DNA of 64,000 bases from an uncultured Bacteroidales bacterium (GCA_946187865.1 CAMHST010000003.1:9458-73457), one strand, 5' to 3'. Counted from the stretch's first letter, positions 1 to 9,975 are shown. Notes: a model not told the origin generated them from the letters alone. Translations and numbers: made by a program.

Positions 1-285
1 GTCCTCTGCAAGGACAATCTCCAGCCGCTGGTCGCCGGTGACGGTTACCTGCTGGGTGACATAGCCGATACAGGAAATCTCCAAAACGGCGCCGCGGGCG
101 GCCCGGAGGGAGAAGTCTCCGTCCACGCCGGTCATGGTTCCGTTCTGGGTACCCTGCTCAACTACAAAGGCGCCGATAATCGGCTGGCGTGCATCGTCCA
201 GAACAACACCGCTCACGGTGACGTTCTGGGCCATTGCCGCCAGACTCAATCCTAATGCAAGGATTAGGGAAGCAATTTTTTTCAT
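1..285 (-). CDS. SusC/RagA-family TonB-dependent receptor, N-terminal part (runs off window)
   Basis: Manual translation MKKIASLILALGLSLAAMAQNVTVSGVVLDDARQPIIGAFVVEQGTQNGTMTGVDGDFSL...LEISCIGYVTQ: signal peptide plus the carboxypeptidase-regulatory-like domain typical of SusC; SusR-like gene directly upstream. Confidence 0.85.
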   Translation of the reverse strand, partial: MKKIASLILALGLSLAAMAQNVTVSGVVLDDARQPIIGAFVVEQGTQNGTMTGVDGDFSLRAARGAVLEISCIGYVTQQVTVTGDQRLEIVLAED

Positions 286-358
286 ACGCTTTTTTGGATT
301 AGTTGTGCGTTTGGTTATTATTAATAATAGTTGTGTTTGTCCACTATAGGTCCGGTCG

Positions 359-480
359 CAAAATTAGGGGGGATTTTCACACCTCGCGTGTGCGGGAGAA
401 AAAAAGTAGTGCACAAGAAAACAAAAACGACTGATTTTCAGCCGTTTCAATAGAATCAAAAGGACCGCTTTAGTAGCGGA
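359..480 (-). promoter_or_regulatory. susC promoter (-7 TAATTTTG at 359-366) and putative SusR operator
   Basis: AGTAG direct repeats at 405 and 472 (67 bp apart) flanking ACTGATTTTCAG at 430. Confidence 0.55.
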
Positions 481-498
481 TTCGGAATCAAAAATCCA

Positions 499-2139
499 CT
501 ACTTTCCAATCATTTTTACCCTCTCCTCGAAGGTTTCGCGGTCTCCCAGGCAGGAATTCTTGACGGAAACCTTGTAATTGTAAATGGTGCTTACCGAGTA
601 GTGAAGGAGTGCCGCGATTTCCTTGGAGTCTTCCACGCCCAGGCGGATGAGGGCGAAGATCCGGAGCTCCGTATTCAGGCGTTCGTCCTTCCTGGGCGTA
701 ATGCGGGCATCCTCCTGAAGGAGGGCATTGAACTGCGCCACGAAGTCCGGATAGATGGCCAGGAACGTGTCGTCGAACTTGTGATAGAAATCTTCCAGCG
801 CTTTTTCCGAACGCTCCGATATGGCCAGTTCCCGGAACAGCTGGTCCGATTTCCCCTGTTTCAGGAGATTCCGGAAATGGTTGTCTTCCGACCGCAGCAG
901 GGCTACCTGCCCGGACAGCCCTTTCAGAAAGTTCAGGATGTACTCTTCCTTCACCTTGTCGGCCTTGGAGATCTGGCGGTTGAGGGTGTTGAGTTCTTCG
1001 TTGGCGATGGCCAGGCGGGCATTGCTGTTTTCCAGCTCGTTCCTCAGACGGGTAAGTTTCCGGGAACGCACCACCAGAAAATGAGAAAGCAGGGAAAGGA
1101 CCACCACCAGCACGGCCAGCAGGATAGTGGCTATCAGGCCCATCCGGTTGGCCTTGGCCTGGCGGGCGGAATAGGCGCCTTCCACGTCCATCAGGAACCG
1201 GGAAATCTGCCAGGGACGCAGTTTGGCGTTGTACAACAGGGCGTCTTCCTGGGCAATGCGCAGGTAGCGGAAAGAGCGGTCTACATCCATGGAAAGGATA
1301 TTCTGCGCTACCATCGTAAGGGAGGCATAATCCCGTACCGCATTGGCCAGGTCACATTCGGCCGATCTCACCAGCCAGGCCAACCTGTCCGCCTGGTTTC
1401 CGCGCTGCTCCTGGATTTCGGACTGGAAGAAGGCATAGATAGCATAATTGCGGTCCTGCGGGGTAACGGTGGAAAGAAGCAGGCGGCTCACGCTGTCGGC
1501 CTGGGTCAGGCGGCCTTCTGCGATGTACTGGTTCCTGAGCACGGAGCGAAAGCGGTCCGAATCCTTGGGCAGCATTTGATACAAGACCTTTTGAAAACTG
1601 GACTCAGGCGGGATGGACAGGCTTTCCACCATTCCGGAGTTGCCGGAAAGGTCTTTGCTGAAATCGTACAGGCACCAGTAATACTCAGCCTTTAATTCGG
1701 GCGACAGCTGCAGGGTATCTATCTGGCCGTAGAGAACCTGATAGGCCTCCATGTAGCTGCCGGCCTTGGCATACAGGTGGCCAAGCTGGATGGTGGCCTG
1801 GTTATAAAGATCCTGATCTTTCAGCGCGTCTTTGGCCAACTCCTGGCAATGCTTCAGGTACACCTGGGTGGAGTCGAAGCTGAAGGCAAAGTACTCCTGA
1901 GCCAAGTTCCAATCCATTTCAAAGCGCCGGCGCGGCTCCTCGGTGGAGTGCGTGAGCCGACGCAGCGCGTCCAACTGGGCCAGCTTCCGCGCCACATACG
2001 TTTCCCGCACACCCACATACCCGTCCAGCTCGTCCAGAAGACGGGTGGCAGCCCGGTCCGGACGGGGTGTCCGGTCACAGGCCGACACCAGGGCGGTAAC
2101 GGACAAAAGCGACAGTATGATTCTCCTAAAAGACAACAC
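499..2139 (-). CDS. SusR-like (DUF6377) membrane-anchored transcriptional regulator
   Basis: Lipoprotein-like signal (LVSAC), helical periplasmic region, TM segment, C-terminal LNTELRIFALIRLGV..S..IA.LL.YSVSTIYNYK; GTG start chosen just after a TATCTTTG -7 box. Confidence 0.85.
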   Translation of the reverse strand: MLSFRRIILSLLSVTALVSACDRTPRPDRAATRLLDELDGYVGVRETYVARKLAQLDALRRLTHSTEEPRRRFEMDWNLAQEYFAFSFDSTQVYLKHCQELAKDALKDQDLYNQATIQLGHLYAKAGSYMEAYQVLYGQIDTLQLSPELKAEYYWCLYDFSKDLSGNSGMVESLSIPPESSFQKVLYQMLPKDSDRFRSVLRNQYIAEGRLTQADSVSRLLLSTVTPQDRNYAIYAFFQSEIQEQRGNQADRLAWLVRSAECDLANAVRDYASLTMVAQNILSMDVDRSFRYLRIAQEDALLYNAKLRPWQISRFLMDVEGAYSARQAKANRMGLIATILLAVLVVVLSLLSHFLVVRSRKLTRLRNELENSNARLAIANEELNTLNRQISKADKVKEEYILNFLKGLSGQVALLRSEDNHFRNLLKQGKSDQLFRELAISERSEKALEDFYHKFDDTFLAIYPDFVAQFNALLQEDARITPRKDERLNTELRIFALIRLGVEDSKEIAALLHYSVSTIYNYKVSVKNSCLGDRETFEERVKMIGK

Positions 2140-2230
2140 TTTGCAAAGATACAAAGTTTCTGCGAGAATCCACATCCAGGGATTCCCGCAGACTACTTAT
2201 GAGTTTAGAATGGTCTGCTCAACGAAGGAA

Positions 2231-2815
2231 TCACAGACTTCTCACGGCCTTCTCCACTTCCTCCTCACGTCCTGCGGGAATCACGGGCGACAGGAAAGAC
2301 AGCATCTGCAGGGTGCGGGCTTCGGACTCCGGGATGCCGCGGGAACGCATGTAAAACAATTCATCGGCATTCAGCTGGCCCACCGTAGCGCCATGGGAAC
2401 ACTTCACGTCGTCGGCATAGATTTCCAGCTGCGGCTTGGTGTCCACTTTGGCATTTTCAGTGAGGACAATGTTGTGGTTTTCCTGATAGGCTTCGGTCTG
2501 CTGGGCGTCCGGGGCCACGACGATGGTGCCGTCGAAACGGACATCGGCCTCCCCGCCGGCTATACCATTGATCAACTGGGTACTCTTGCAACCCGGCGCC
2601 CTGTGATGCATGACAATGCGGAAACGCACCTTCTCATTGCCCTTGCAAAGGTACAGGGCCTTGATGTGCGCCTGCGCTCCGGGGCCGTCCAGATCAACGG
2701 TGATCTCTATTTCCCTGGACTCCCCGGGCAGCACGATGTACTGCAGGTCAAGACGCTCACCTGCCCCCACCTGATACTCCCCCTTGGGCGGAGCTATGTA
2801 TTTTCCGTGTCCCAT
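2231..2815 (-). CDS. sufD: Fe-S cluster assembly protein SufD (short form)
   Basis: KPQLEIYADDVKCSHGATVGQL...LFYMRSRGI motif; downstream of sufC. Confidence 0.9.
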   Translation of the reverse strand: MGHGKYIAPPKGEYQVGAGERLDLQYIVLPGESREIEITVDLDGPGAQAHIKALYLCKGNEKVRFRIVMHHRAPGCKSTQLINGIAGGEADVRFDGTIVVAPDAQQTEAYQENHNIVLTENAKVDTKPQLEIYADDVKCSHGATVGQLNADELFYMRSRGIPESEARTLQMLSFLSPVIPAGREEEVEKAVRSL

Positions 2816-3549
2816 CAGAACTGGTCAAATCCTTTGGTTTCAATAGCTTCTATCAGCTCCCTTCCACCGGTTGCCACAATTCGGCCGGCCTTGAGCACAT
2901 GCACCACATCCGGCTGCACGTACTCCAGCAGTTTCTGATAGTGGGTAATGATGATGGCCGATTTTTCCGGGCTCCGGAGGGCATTCACGCCGTCGGCAAC
3001 GATCTTCAGGGCATCTACGTCCAGGCCGCTGTCGGTCTCGTCCAGGATGGAGAGCTCCGGATCCAGCATGGCCATCTGGAAAATCTCGTTGCGCTTTTTC
3101 TCACCGCCGCTGAAACCCACGTTCACTTCGCGCTTGGCAAATTCCGGCTTCATCTGCACAAAGGCCATCTTCTGCTTCATCAGCTTCAGGAAATCCCCAG
3201 CCTTCATTTCTTCCTGCCCCAGCGCCTTACGCTTGGCGTTCACCGCCGCCTTCATGAATGCGGTAATGGTAACGCCGGGTATTTCTATCGGGTACTGGAA
3301 GCTAAGGAAAAGGCCGGCCCAGGCGCGCTCTTCCGGCGTTTTGGCCAGCAGATCCTCCCCCTTGTACAGGACGGTTCCCTCCGTGACTTCATAGTCCGGC
3401 CTGCCGGTAAGAACGGCACTGAGTGTGCTTTTTCCCGCACCGTTGGGGCCCATCACCGCGTGAATCTCTCCGGGATGGATTTCCAGGTCGATTCCCTTCA
3501 GGATTTCCTTGTCGCCGATTCGGGCGTGCAAGTTGTTGATTTCCAACAT
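2815..3549 (-). CDS. sufC: Fe-S cluster assembly ATPase SufC
   Basis: GPNGAGKST Walker A, GFSGGEKKRNEI, LDETDSGLD. Confidence 0.97.
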   Translation of the reverse strand: MLEINNLHARIGDKEILKGIDLEIHPGEIHAVMGPNGAGKSTLSAVLTGRPDYEVTEGTVLYKGEDLLAKTPEERAWAGLFLSFQYPIEIPGVTITAFMKAAVNAKRKALGQEEMKAGDFLKLMKQKMAFVQMKPEFAKREVNVGFSGGEKKRNEIFQMAMLDPELSILDETDSGLDVDALKIVADGVNALRSPEKSAIIITHYQKLLEYVQPDVVHVLKAGRIVATGGRELIEAIETKGFDQF

Positions 3550-3630
3550 AGGCGTAAAATGTATCTTTCTTAAAATCAATTCTTTATCAATAACTGTCTA
3601 TGTCAAACCGCATAGACACTTTCTTGTAAA

Positions 3631-4272
3631 CTATTTTGTATCAGGCGTTTGCATTTCACGCCGATACAACTTAAGCCAGGTGGCCAGCGACCACAGGCCA
3701 TTCACCAGGTACAGCGCGCATACGATGGGCATGAACACGTTGCCCACGCTCACATGCAGGATAATCTGCGTCACGTTCACAATGAGCCAGGCAATCCAGC
3801 AATCCCACTTTTTCATGGCGCTGAGCAGCTGAGCCAGCAGGATGAGCACCGTGACGCAGGAATCCAGGTACGGGTGCGGGTCGGCCGGGAAAAGGCGGTC
3901 CAGTGTCCAGCCCCACACAAAGGCAACCACCAGCACGGCCGCGACGGACATCATGCGTTCCGGCCAACTTAACATGCTCACCTTCAGGTCTTTCTTGTTC
4001 TCGGACGACTGCTCTTCCTCCCTGGGATGCGTCCAGCGATAGTGGCCCATGATGTTGATGGCCAGCGAGATAGGCTGCAACAGCAGGCTTGCGTACAGGT
4101 TCTTGTTCCAGAACAGGAAAAACAGGGCGGCGGTGTACAGGTAGCCCACCCAGAAATTGTATTTGGAATTGCGCCCGGCCAGGAACACGCAAGTGAGACC
4201 CAACAGGCTCGAAATCAAGTCTATCAGCAGCACGGGACGGCCGGCCAGGGTGAATATGACGGTATCAAACAT
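3631..4272 (-). CDS. pnuC: Pnu-family vitamin (nicotinamide riboside/thiamine-type) transporter
   Basis: About 7 TM segments, PYLDS, WxxWxxxN (WIAWLIVN) motif. Confidence 0.85.
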   Translation of the reverse strand: MFDTVIFTLAGRPVLLIDLISSLLGLTCVFLAGRNSKYNFWVGYLYTAALFFLFWNKNLYASLLLQPISLAINIMGHYRWTHPREEEQSSENKKDLKVSMLSWPERMMSVAAVLVVAFVWGWTLDRLFPADPHPYLDSCVTVLILLAQLLSAMKKWDCWIAWLIVNVTQIILHVSVGNVFMPIVCALYLVNGLWSLATWLKLYRREMQTPDTK

Positions 4273-4274
4273 TC

Positions 4275-4300
4275 AGATTCTTCACTTCGTTCAGAATGAC
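4275..4300 (-). repeat. Single arm of a GTCA/CGTC-type REP palindrome
   Basis: Minus strand GTCATTCTGAACGAAGTGAAGAATCT resembles the widespread GTCATTCTGAGCGAAGCGAAGAATCT REP-like hairpin. Confidence 0.6.
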
Positions 4301-4318
4301 GTTCCCTATGTAGGAGAA

Positions 4319-5761
4319 TTACCCTACGCTGCCTTCCAGGGATACCTGGAGAAGTTTCTGCGCCTCCACGGCAAATTCCATGGGCAGGCGGGAAAGCACT
4401 TCCCGGGCATAGCCGTTAACAATCAGGCCCACAGCTTCTTCCGGGCCTATCCCCCGCTGGTTGCAGTAAAACAGCTGATCCTCCGAAATCTTGGAGGTGG
4501 TGGCCTCGTGCTCTACCGTGGCGGTGGGATTCTGGCTTTGGATATCCGGAAAAGTGTGCGCCCCGCAGCGGGACCCGATCAGGAGGCTGTCGCACTGGGA
4601 GAAGTTTCTGGCATTCAAGGCGTTCTTTCCCATCCGGACCAGACCCCGGTAGCTGTTCTGGCTTACTCCGGCCGATATGCCCTTGCTCACAATCCGGCTT
4701 TTGGTTCCCTTGCCCAGGTGGATCATTTTGGTGCCGGTGTCGGCCTGCTGGTGGTTGTTGGTAACCGCCACCGAGTAGAATTCCGATGCCGAGTAATCCC
4801 CCTTCAGGATGGTGGAAGGGTATTTCCAGGTGATGGCGCTGCCCGTTTCCACCTGCGTCCAGGAAAGATGGGAGCCGGAGCCTTTGCAGATGCCGCGTTT
4901 GGTAACCAGGTTCAGGATGCCGCCCTTGCCGTCCGCGTCGCCGGGATACCAGTTCTGGACGGTGGAATACTTCACGTCGGCATCCTTTTCCACGATGATC
5001 TCCACCACGGCGGCATGCAGCTGCTGCTCGTCCCGCATGGGGGCGGTGCAGCCTTCCATGTAGCTTACGTAGGAGCCCTCGTCGGCCACGATGAGCGTGC
5101 GCTCGAACTGGCCGGTGCCCCGGGCGTTGATCCGGAAATAACTGCTCAGCTCCATGGGACAGCGGACGCCTTTGGGAATGTAGCAGAAGGAGCCGTCGGA
5201 GAAAACGGCGGAATTGAGCGCCGCAAAGAAATTGTCCGATGCAGGCACCACCGTGGCCAGATATTTCCGCACCAGGTCCGGATGCTCTTTCACGGCCTCC
5301 GAGAACGAGCAGAAGATAATGCCCTTTTCCGCCAGGGTTTTCCGGAAGGTGGTAGTAACTGATACAGAGTCGAATACGGCATCTACCGCCACCACGCCGG
5401 CCAGCACGTCCCGCTCTTTGAGGGGAATGCCCAGCTTGTCAAAAGTCTCGGCCAGTTTGGGGTCTATCTCCTTGGGGCGGTCTTTGTCCTTTTTAGGGGC
5501 CGCATAATAGATAATATCCTGGTAATCAATATTCGGCATATCCAAATGCGCCCAGTCCGGCTGCGGCATGGCCTGCCACTTCCGGAAGGCGTCCAGCCGG
5601 AACTCCAGCAGCCACTGGGGCTCCTCTTTCCGGGCCGATATCTGCCGGATTATATCTTCGTTCAGGCCCTTGGGGATGAATTCCTGCTCCACATCCGTCA
5701 CGAACCCTTCTTTGTACTCCCCCTGGGTGAACTCCTGTATGATTTTATCGCTCTCTGACAT
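4319..5761 (-). CDS. sufB: Fe-S cluster assembly protein SufB
   Basis: [34 protein letters not shown] motifs. Confidence 0.98.
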   Translation of the reverse strand: MSESDKIIQEFTQGEYKEGFVTDVEQEFIPKGLNEDIIRQISARKEEPQWLLEFRLDAFRKWQAMPQPDWAHLDMPNIDYQDIIYYAAPKKDKDRPKEIDPKLAETFDKLGIPLKERDVLAGVVAVDAVFDSVSVTTTFRKTLAEKGIIFCSFSEAVKEHPDLVRKYLATVVPASDNFFAALNSAVFSDGSFCYIPKGVRCPMELSSYFRINARGTGQFERTLIVADEGSYVSYMEGCTAPMRDEQQLHAAVVEIIVEKDADVKYSTVQNWYPGDADGKGGILNLVTKRGICKGSGSHLSWTQVETGSAITWKYPSTILKGDYSASEFYSVAVTNNHQQADTGTKMIHLGKGTKSRIVSKGISAGVSQNSYRGLVRMGKNALNARNFSQCDSLLIGSRCGAHTFPDIQSQNPTATVEHEATTSKISEDQLFYCNQRGIGPEEAVGLIVNGYAREVLSRLPMEFAVEAQKLLQVSLEGSVG

Positions 5762-5853
5762 AGGACTGCAAAGATACGAAAAACTTGGGGCTTATTGTCA
5801 TCCATGACAAGCTTAGTCATGTTTTAGCCCCGGATTATGGCCTGAGTGTTCCT

Positions 5854-6771
5854 TTAAAGGTCTGCCAATACAATGGCGGCGGCAGCCTCCACGATAACCG
5901 GGGTGCGGAGCGCGAAACAGACGTCGTGGCGGCCGGGAATGCCCGCCTTGGCAATGCTGGCGGTGGGTTTGAAGGCCACGCGGAAGTGCAAGGGCGCCCC
6001 GTTGGTGATGCCGCCGTTGACCCCGCCGGCATGGTTGGTGACGGGCACCCCGTCCGGGCCGAAGGCATCGTTGTGTTCGGAACCCTTCTTCCGGGAAGCG
6101 GCAAAACCGTCCCCGAATTCCACGCCCCGGACACCCGGAATGGCAAACAGCGCGTGGGCCAGGCGGGATTCCACGCTGTCCCAGAAGGGCTCTCCCAGTC
6201 CGGCGGGGACACCGCTCACATCGCATTCCACTACGGCGCCCAGGGAATCGCCGTCGGCCTTGGCGGCCTCCAACAGGGCCGGCCAGGCGGCGGAATCCGT
6301 GCTACCGCCCAGTTCCACCACGTGTGCGGCATAGCTGTAGGGAGCCATTTTTTTAGCCACCACGCCGGCTGCCACCACGCCCAAGGTAATGCGGCCGGAG
6401 AAATGTCCGCCGCCGCGCGGGTCGTTGAAACCCTGGTATTTGATGGCGGCCGTACGGTCTGCGTGGCCGGGGCGGGGATGCTCCCGGAACTGCGCATAAT
6501 CCTGGCTGCGGGTGTTCTCGTTCTTGAAGAGGATGGTCAGCGGAGCGCCTGTGGTATGGCCTTCGAACACGCCGGAGACAATCTCCGGCTCGTCGGCCTC
6601 TAAACGGGGCGTAGTGCCAAGCGCACCGGCCTTGCGGCGGGAAAGGTCCGCCTGGAAGTCGGTCTCGCTAAGGGGAAGGCCCGGTTTGACGCCATCCAGC
6701 ACAACCCCGATCCGATTTCCGTGGGACTCTCCGAAAATACTTACCCTGAATTTGTTGCCAAAGGTATTCAT
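5854..6771 (-). CDS. aroC: Chorismate synthase
   Basis: FGESHG, RPGHAD, GGGHFSGR, FKPTASI, GRHDVC. Confidence 0.96.
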   Translation of the reverse strand: MNTFGNKFRVSIFGESHGNRIGVVLDGVKPGLPLSETDFQADLSRRKAGALGTTPRLEADEPEIVSGVFEGHTTGAPLTILFKNENTRSQDYAQFREHPRPGHADRTAAIKYQGFNDPRGGGHFSGRITLGVVAAGVVAKKMAPYSYAAHVVELGGSTDSAAWPALLEAAKADGDSLGAVVECDVSGVPAGLGEPFWDSVESRLAHALFAIPGVRGVEFGDGFAASRKKGSEHNDAFGPDGVPVTNHAGGVNGGITNGAPLHFRVAFKPTASIAKAGIPGRHDVCFALRTPVIVEAAAAIVLADL

Positions 6772-8810
6772 AGTCTGTCAAAAAGTTCGTTAAACTGCGG
6801 GAAGGATTTGGCCACGCAGGCGGTGTCGTCAATGACAACGGGCTCTGCCGCACCCAGGGAAGCCACCTTCAGGGCCATCACCATGCGGTGGTCTCCATAG
6901 GAAGGGAAGTTCCCTCCCTTGAGAAGCTTGCCGGTAAGGATGCGCTGGGTAAGGCCCATGCCGGAAATAGTCATTTCGTCCTGGTCCACGGTGACAGGAA
7001 CCCCCATCTGCAACAGCATTTTCTCAATGGCGGCGGCTCGGTCGGTCTCTTTGTGCCGAAGCCGCTCCACGCCCAGGATATGGCTCTCTCCAGGGCAGAA
7101 GGCCGCCAATACGGCCACCATCGGGAACAGGTCCGGGCAGTTGTTCAGGTCCGTAGAGAAGGCGTTCAGCGGCGCCCTTTGCACGCGGATGGGTCCGGTG
7201 GTTGGCGTAGGACCTTCCTGCTGAGACATGCTGGCACCGGCTTCCATCAGGATATCCATCATGGAGATGTCGGCCTGAAGGCTTTGGGTGTCAAGCCCTT
7301 CCACCTCCACCTGGCCGAAGATGGCGCCGGCGGTAAGGAAAGGCGCGGCGCCGGACCAGTCGGCCTCGATGGCAAAGTCCGCGGCCTGGTAGCGCTGGTC
7401 CCCTTTGATGTGGAAGTTTACGCCGGTGCATAGGCTCCAGTCCTGGGTTTCCAGGAATGCGTCGCCGCCCTCCATCTCAGAGCCCATCCGGATGCCGAAT
7501 TTCTTCAGGACATCCACGGTGATGAAAAGGTAGGGAATGCTCTTGGGATCGTGCACATAGACGGTCGATTTGCCTGCGACCAGAGGCAGCGCGCCCAGCA
7601 GGCCGGAGATCAGTTGAGAGCCTCCGCGGCCAGAAATGTCGGCCCGGCCGGGGATAATGGGGCCAGAAACGGTCAAAGGAAGGTAACAATCTGATTTTCT
7701 TATATCTGAAACAGAATTGTTTTCGTCAAAATCGGCCTTTTTTTGGTGGTTAACATTATTGTTACTTTCCGGGTACAAGCGTACGCCGAAGGCCGCCATA
7801 ATGTCGTGCGCACCCGCCAAAGGCCGGTTCAGCAGGGTTTTTTCTCCGGTGACGCGCACCGGAGCGCCGCTCAACGCGGCCAGCAGCGGGATCATCAGGC
7901 GGGTAAGGAAACCGGACTCGCCGGTGTGAAGCTCCCCGAGCGCATCGCAGCAGCCCGGATGTGCATTTATCCCCCTGATAATGAGCAAATTGTCTTTAAC
8001 GTCCACCGCTGCACCCAACGCCCGGGCCACGGCGATGGCGCTCTCATTGTCGCCGCAGGGCGTGTATCCGGACAGGTGCGACGTCCCCTCTGCAAGGGCG
8101 GCGGCCACGATGGCGCGCTGGGCGAAACTTTTGGAGGAGGGCATCGGCAGCATGTCTCCGCGGACAAAGCGAAAATTCCCGTACACCGCCTCCTGCATCT
8201 TGGCCGATGTCCACTGTCCCGGAGCCGTGGCTTCTTCCTCCGTTAAACAGGCATAAGTGAAGGGAGCACCCATCCTGAGTGCCTCCAGACGCGATTCCCG
8301 GCCCATCTCGCCCATGCAGAAAGCCACCAGGGAACCGGATGTAACATCTTTGTAAAGCTCCATGACGCGGGCGGTATCTGCCTGGGAAGTGGCGGTTGTG
8401 ACCACCTTCACCACTTCACCGCCGAACTGACGGCCCCGCTCCACCAGGCTCCGGAGCACTTCCAGGGGCGGCGTGCCGGAAAAGTCATGGAACGAGCGGA
8501 TGAGCACCGTCCCATACTCGCGGCAGGCTTCGCGGATGCGCCTTCCCACCGCGGCCGGGGCTTCCATCTCCAGATCTACATACTTGGCACCGGAGCGGAT
8601 GGCCATCTCCAGGATTTCCGGCGCCTGGGGCTCCTCGTTCAGCCGGCAGGTGGCAATCAGCGGGACATCGGACCCGGAGAACAGCAAGTCAATGTCCTCT
8701 TCCTCCAGGGCACAACGGTCCAGCCGGATTTCGGCCATTTCCACGGCACCGGAGTCCAGCAGGCGCTGGATTTCGGGCAGCTCCTTATTTTGAATGGATG
8801 TACAAATCAT
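6768..8810 (-). CDS. aroA: Fusion of type I 3-dehydroquinate dehydratase and EPSP synthase (AroD-AroA)
   Basis: N-terminal EIRLD, IRSFHDF.GTP, VVKVVT, FCMGE.G..SR, TAPGQ; C-terminal PSSKS, EADWSGA, CPDLFP, RLRHKETDR, DHRM.MA, CVAKSFP. Confidence 0.93.
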   Translation of the reverse strand: MICTSIQNKELPEIQRLLDSGAVEMAEIRLDRCALEEEDIDLLFSGSDVPLIATCRLNEEPQAPEILEMAIRSGAKYVDLEMEAPAAVGRRIREACREYGTVLIRSFHDFSGTPPLEVLRSLVERGRQFGGEVVKVVTTATSQADTARVMELYKDVTSGSLVAFCMGEMGRESRLEALRMGAPFTYACLTEEEATAPGQWTSAKMQEAVYGNFRFVRGDMLPMPSSKSFAQRAIVAAALAEGTSHLSGYTPCGDNESAIAVARALGAAVDVKDNLLIIRGINAHPGCCDALGELHTGESGFLTRLMIPLLAALSGAPVRVTGEKTLLNRPLAGAHDIMAAFGVRLYPESNNNVNHQKKADFDENNSVSDIRKSDCYLPLTVSGPIIPGRADISGRGGSQLISGLLGALPLVAGKSTVYVHDPKSIPYLFITVDVLKKFGIRMGSEMEGGDAFLETQDWSLCTGVNFHIKGDQRYQAADFAIEADWSGAAPFLTAGAIFGQVEVEGLDTQSLQADISMMDILMEAGASMSQQEGPTPTTGPIRVQRAPLNAFSTDLNNCPDLFPMVAVLAAFCPGESHILGVERLRHKETDRAAAIEKMLLQMGVPVTVDQDEMTISGMGLTQRILTGKLLKGGNFPSYGDHRMVMALKVASLGAAEPVVIDDTACVAKSFPQFNELFDRL

Positions 8811-9907
8811 TCTGTATCTGTTACTTCAACAATTCTCGGGCGGGCAATATCTTCCAGCAGCACGAAGCGGAGCGCCCTCGCTGTCGCTTTTTTGTCCTTG
8901 TGCATGGCGCCGCGAAGGACATCGGCCGGGTAAGGACAATCCACCGGCAGGCCCAGCGCGGAGAAATCCGCCTTCAGGCGGGCGGAGAGGCCATTTTGCG
9001 CCACTCCCAGTTTCTCCGACAGCTCCGCCGCCAGGATGATGCCTATGGAGACCGCCTCCCCGTGGGTGATGTCGTCTCCCCGCAGCCGGGCCTCGTGCTC
9101 GATCGCGTGCGCGAAGGTGTGCCCCAGGTTCAGTTTCATCCGCTCCCCTTTCTCGTAAGGGTCCCGCGACACGATATCGGCCTTGATCCCGGCCGCCCGC
9201 CAGATATGCTCCGCCCGCACCGGCAGCGTTTCGGCCTCCCAAGTGCATTTCGGGGCGTTTTTGCACTTGGTGGGCACTGTTTTGGCCTCCCCAAGTGCAT
9301 TTTGGGCCGATTTTGCACTTGGCAGCAGCGCAGCGTAGCTTTCTGCATCGGCCAAAAGAAGGGTTTTCACCAGTTCCGCCAGGCCGGAGCGGAATTCCCG
9401 CGGCGGAAGGGTGGACAACACCTCCGGGCAGAGGAAAGTGAACTGCGGCTGCACGATCACGCCCAGCATATTCTTGTACCCGTCCAGGTTCACGCCGGTT
9501 TTTCCGCCGATCGCGGCATCTACCTGCGCGAGCAGCGTGGTGGGCACGTTGGCATAGCGGACGCCCCGCTTGTAGATGCTTGCGGCAAATCCGGCCAGAT
9601 CGGTGGTGATTCCACCGCCCACGGCCAGCACCAGCGCCCCCCGGGAAGCACCCGCCTCCAACAGGCGCCGCTCCAGGGAAAGCACTGTTTCCATGGTCTT
9701 TCGCGCCTCGGATGTTTCCAAGCCGACAGCCGCCCGCACCGGAACCCGGCTCACAATTTGATCCGAGACCCAGGCGACATTCTTGTCGAAGACGACGTAG
9801 ATTTCCTGTTCACCGGACAGTAGCCCGGCTATACCGGAAAGGGTATCCGCCCCCACAATCCGGCTCTGGATTTTCCCGTCCCAACTGATATTCAGTTCTT
9901 TTGTCAT
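8807..9907 (-). CDS. aroB: 3-dehydroquinate synthase (with in-frame repeat insertion)
   Basis: GGGITTDLAGF, PTTLLAQVDAAIGGKTGVN, LNLGHTFAHAIE, HGEAV. Confidence 0.96.
   Translation of the reverse strand: MTKELNISWDGKIQSRIVGADTLSGIAGLLSGEQEIYVVFDKNVAWVSDQIVSRVPVRAAVGLETSEARKTMETVLSLERRLLEAGASRGALVLAVGGGITTDLAGFAASIYKRGVRYANVPTTLLAQVDAAIGGKTGVNLDGYKNMLGVIVQPQFTFLCPEVLSTLPPREFRSGLAELVKTLLLADAESYAALLPSAKSAQNALGEAKTVPTKCKNAPKCTWEAETLPVRAEHIWRAAGIKADIVSRDPYEKGERMKLNLGHTFAHAIEHEARLRGDDITHGEAVSIGIILAAELSEKLGVAQNGLSARLKADFSALGLPVDCPYPADVLRGAMHKDKKATARALRFVLLEDIARPRIVEVTDTE
9225..9322. repeat. Two tandem 32-bp hairpins inside aroB
   Basis: CCAAGTGCA-N14-TGCACTTGG at 9239-9270 and 9291-9322 (52-bp period). 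Confidence 0.9.
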
Positions 9908-9954
9908 AGACTACAAATATAATTGAAAAATTTGGCAGTTCCCTTTATTTACCG

Positions 9955-9962
9955 TATTTTTG
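9955..9962 (+). promoter_or_regulatory. Bacteroidetes -7 promoter box for tRNA-Leu
   Basis: TATTTTTG matches TAnnTTTG, 13 nt before the tRNA. Confidence 0.6.
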
Positions 9963-9975
9963 CAGTCCACACCTT

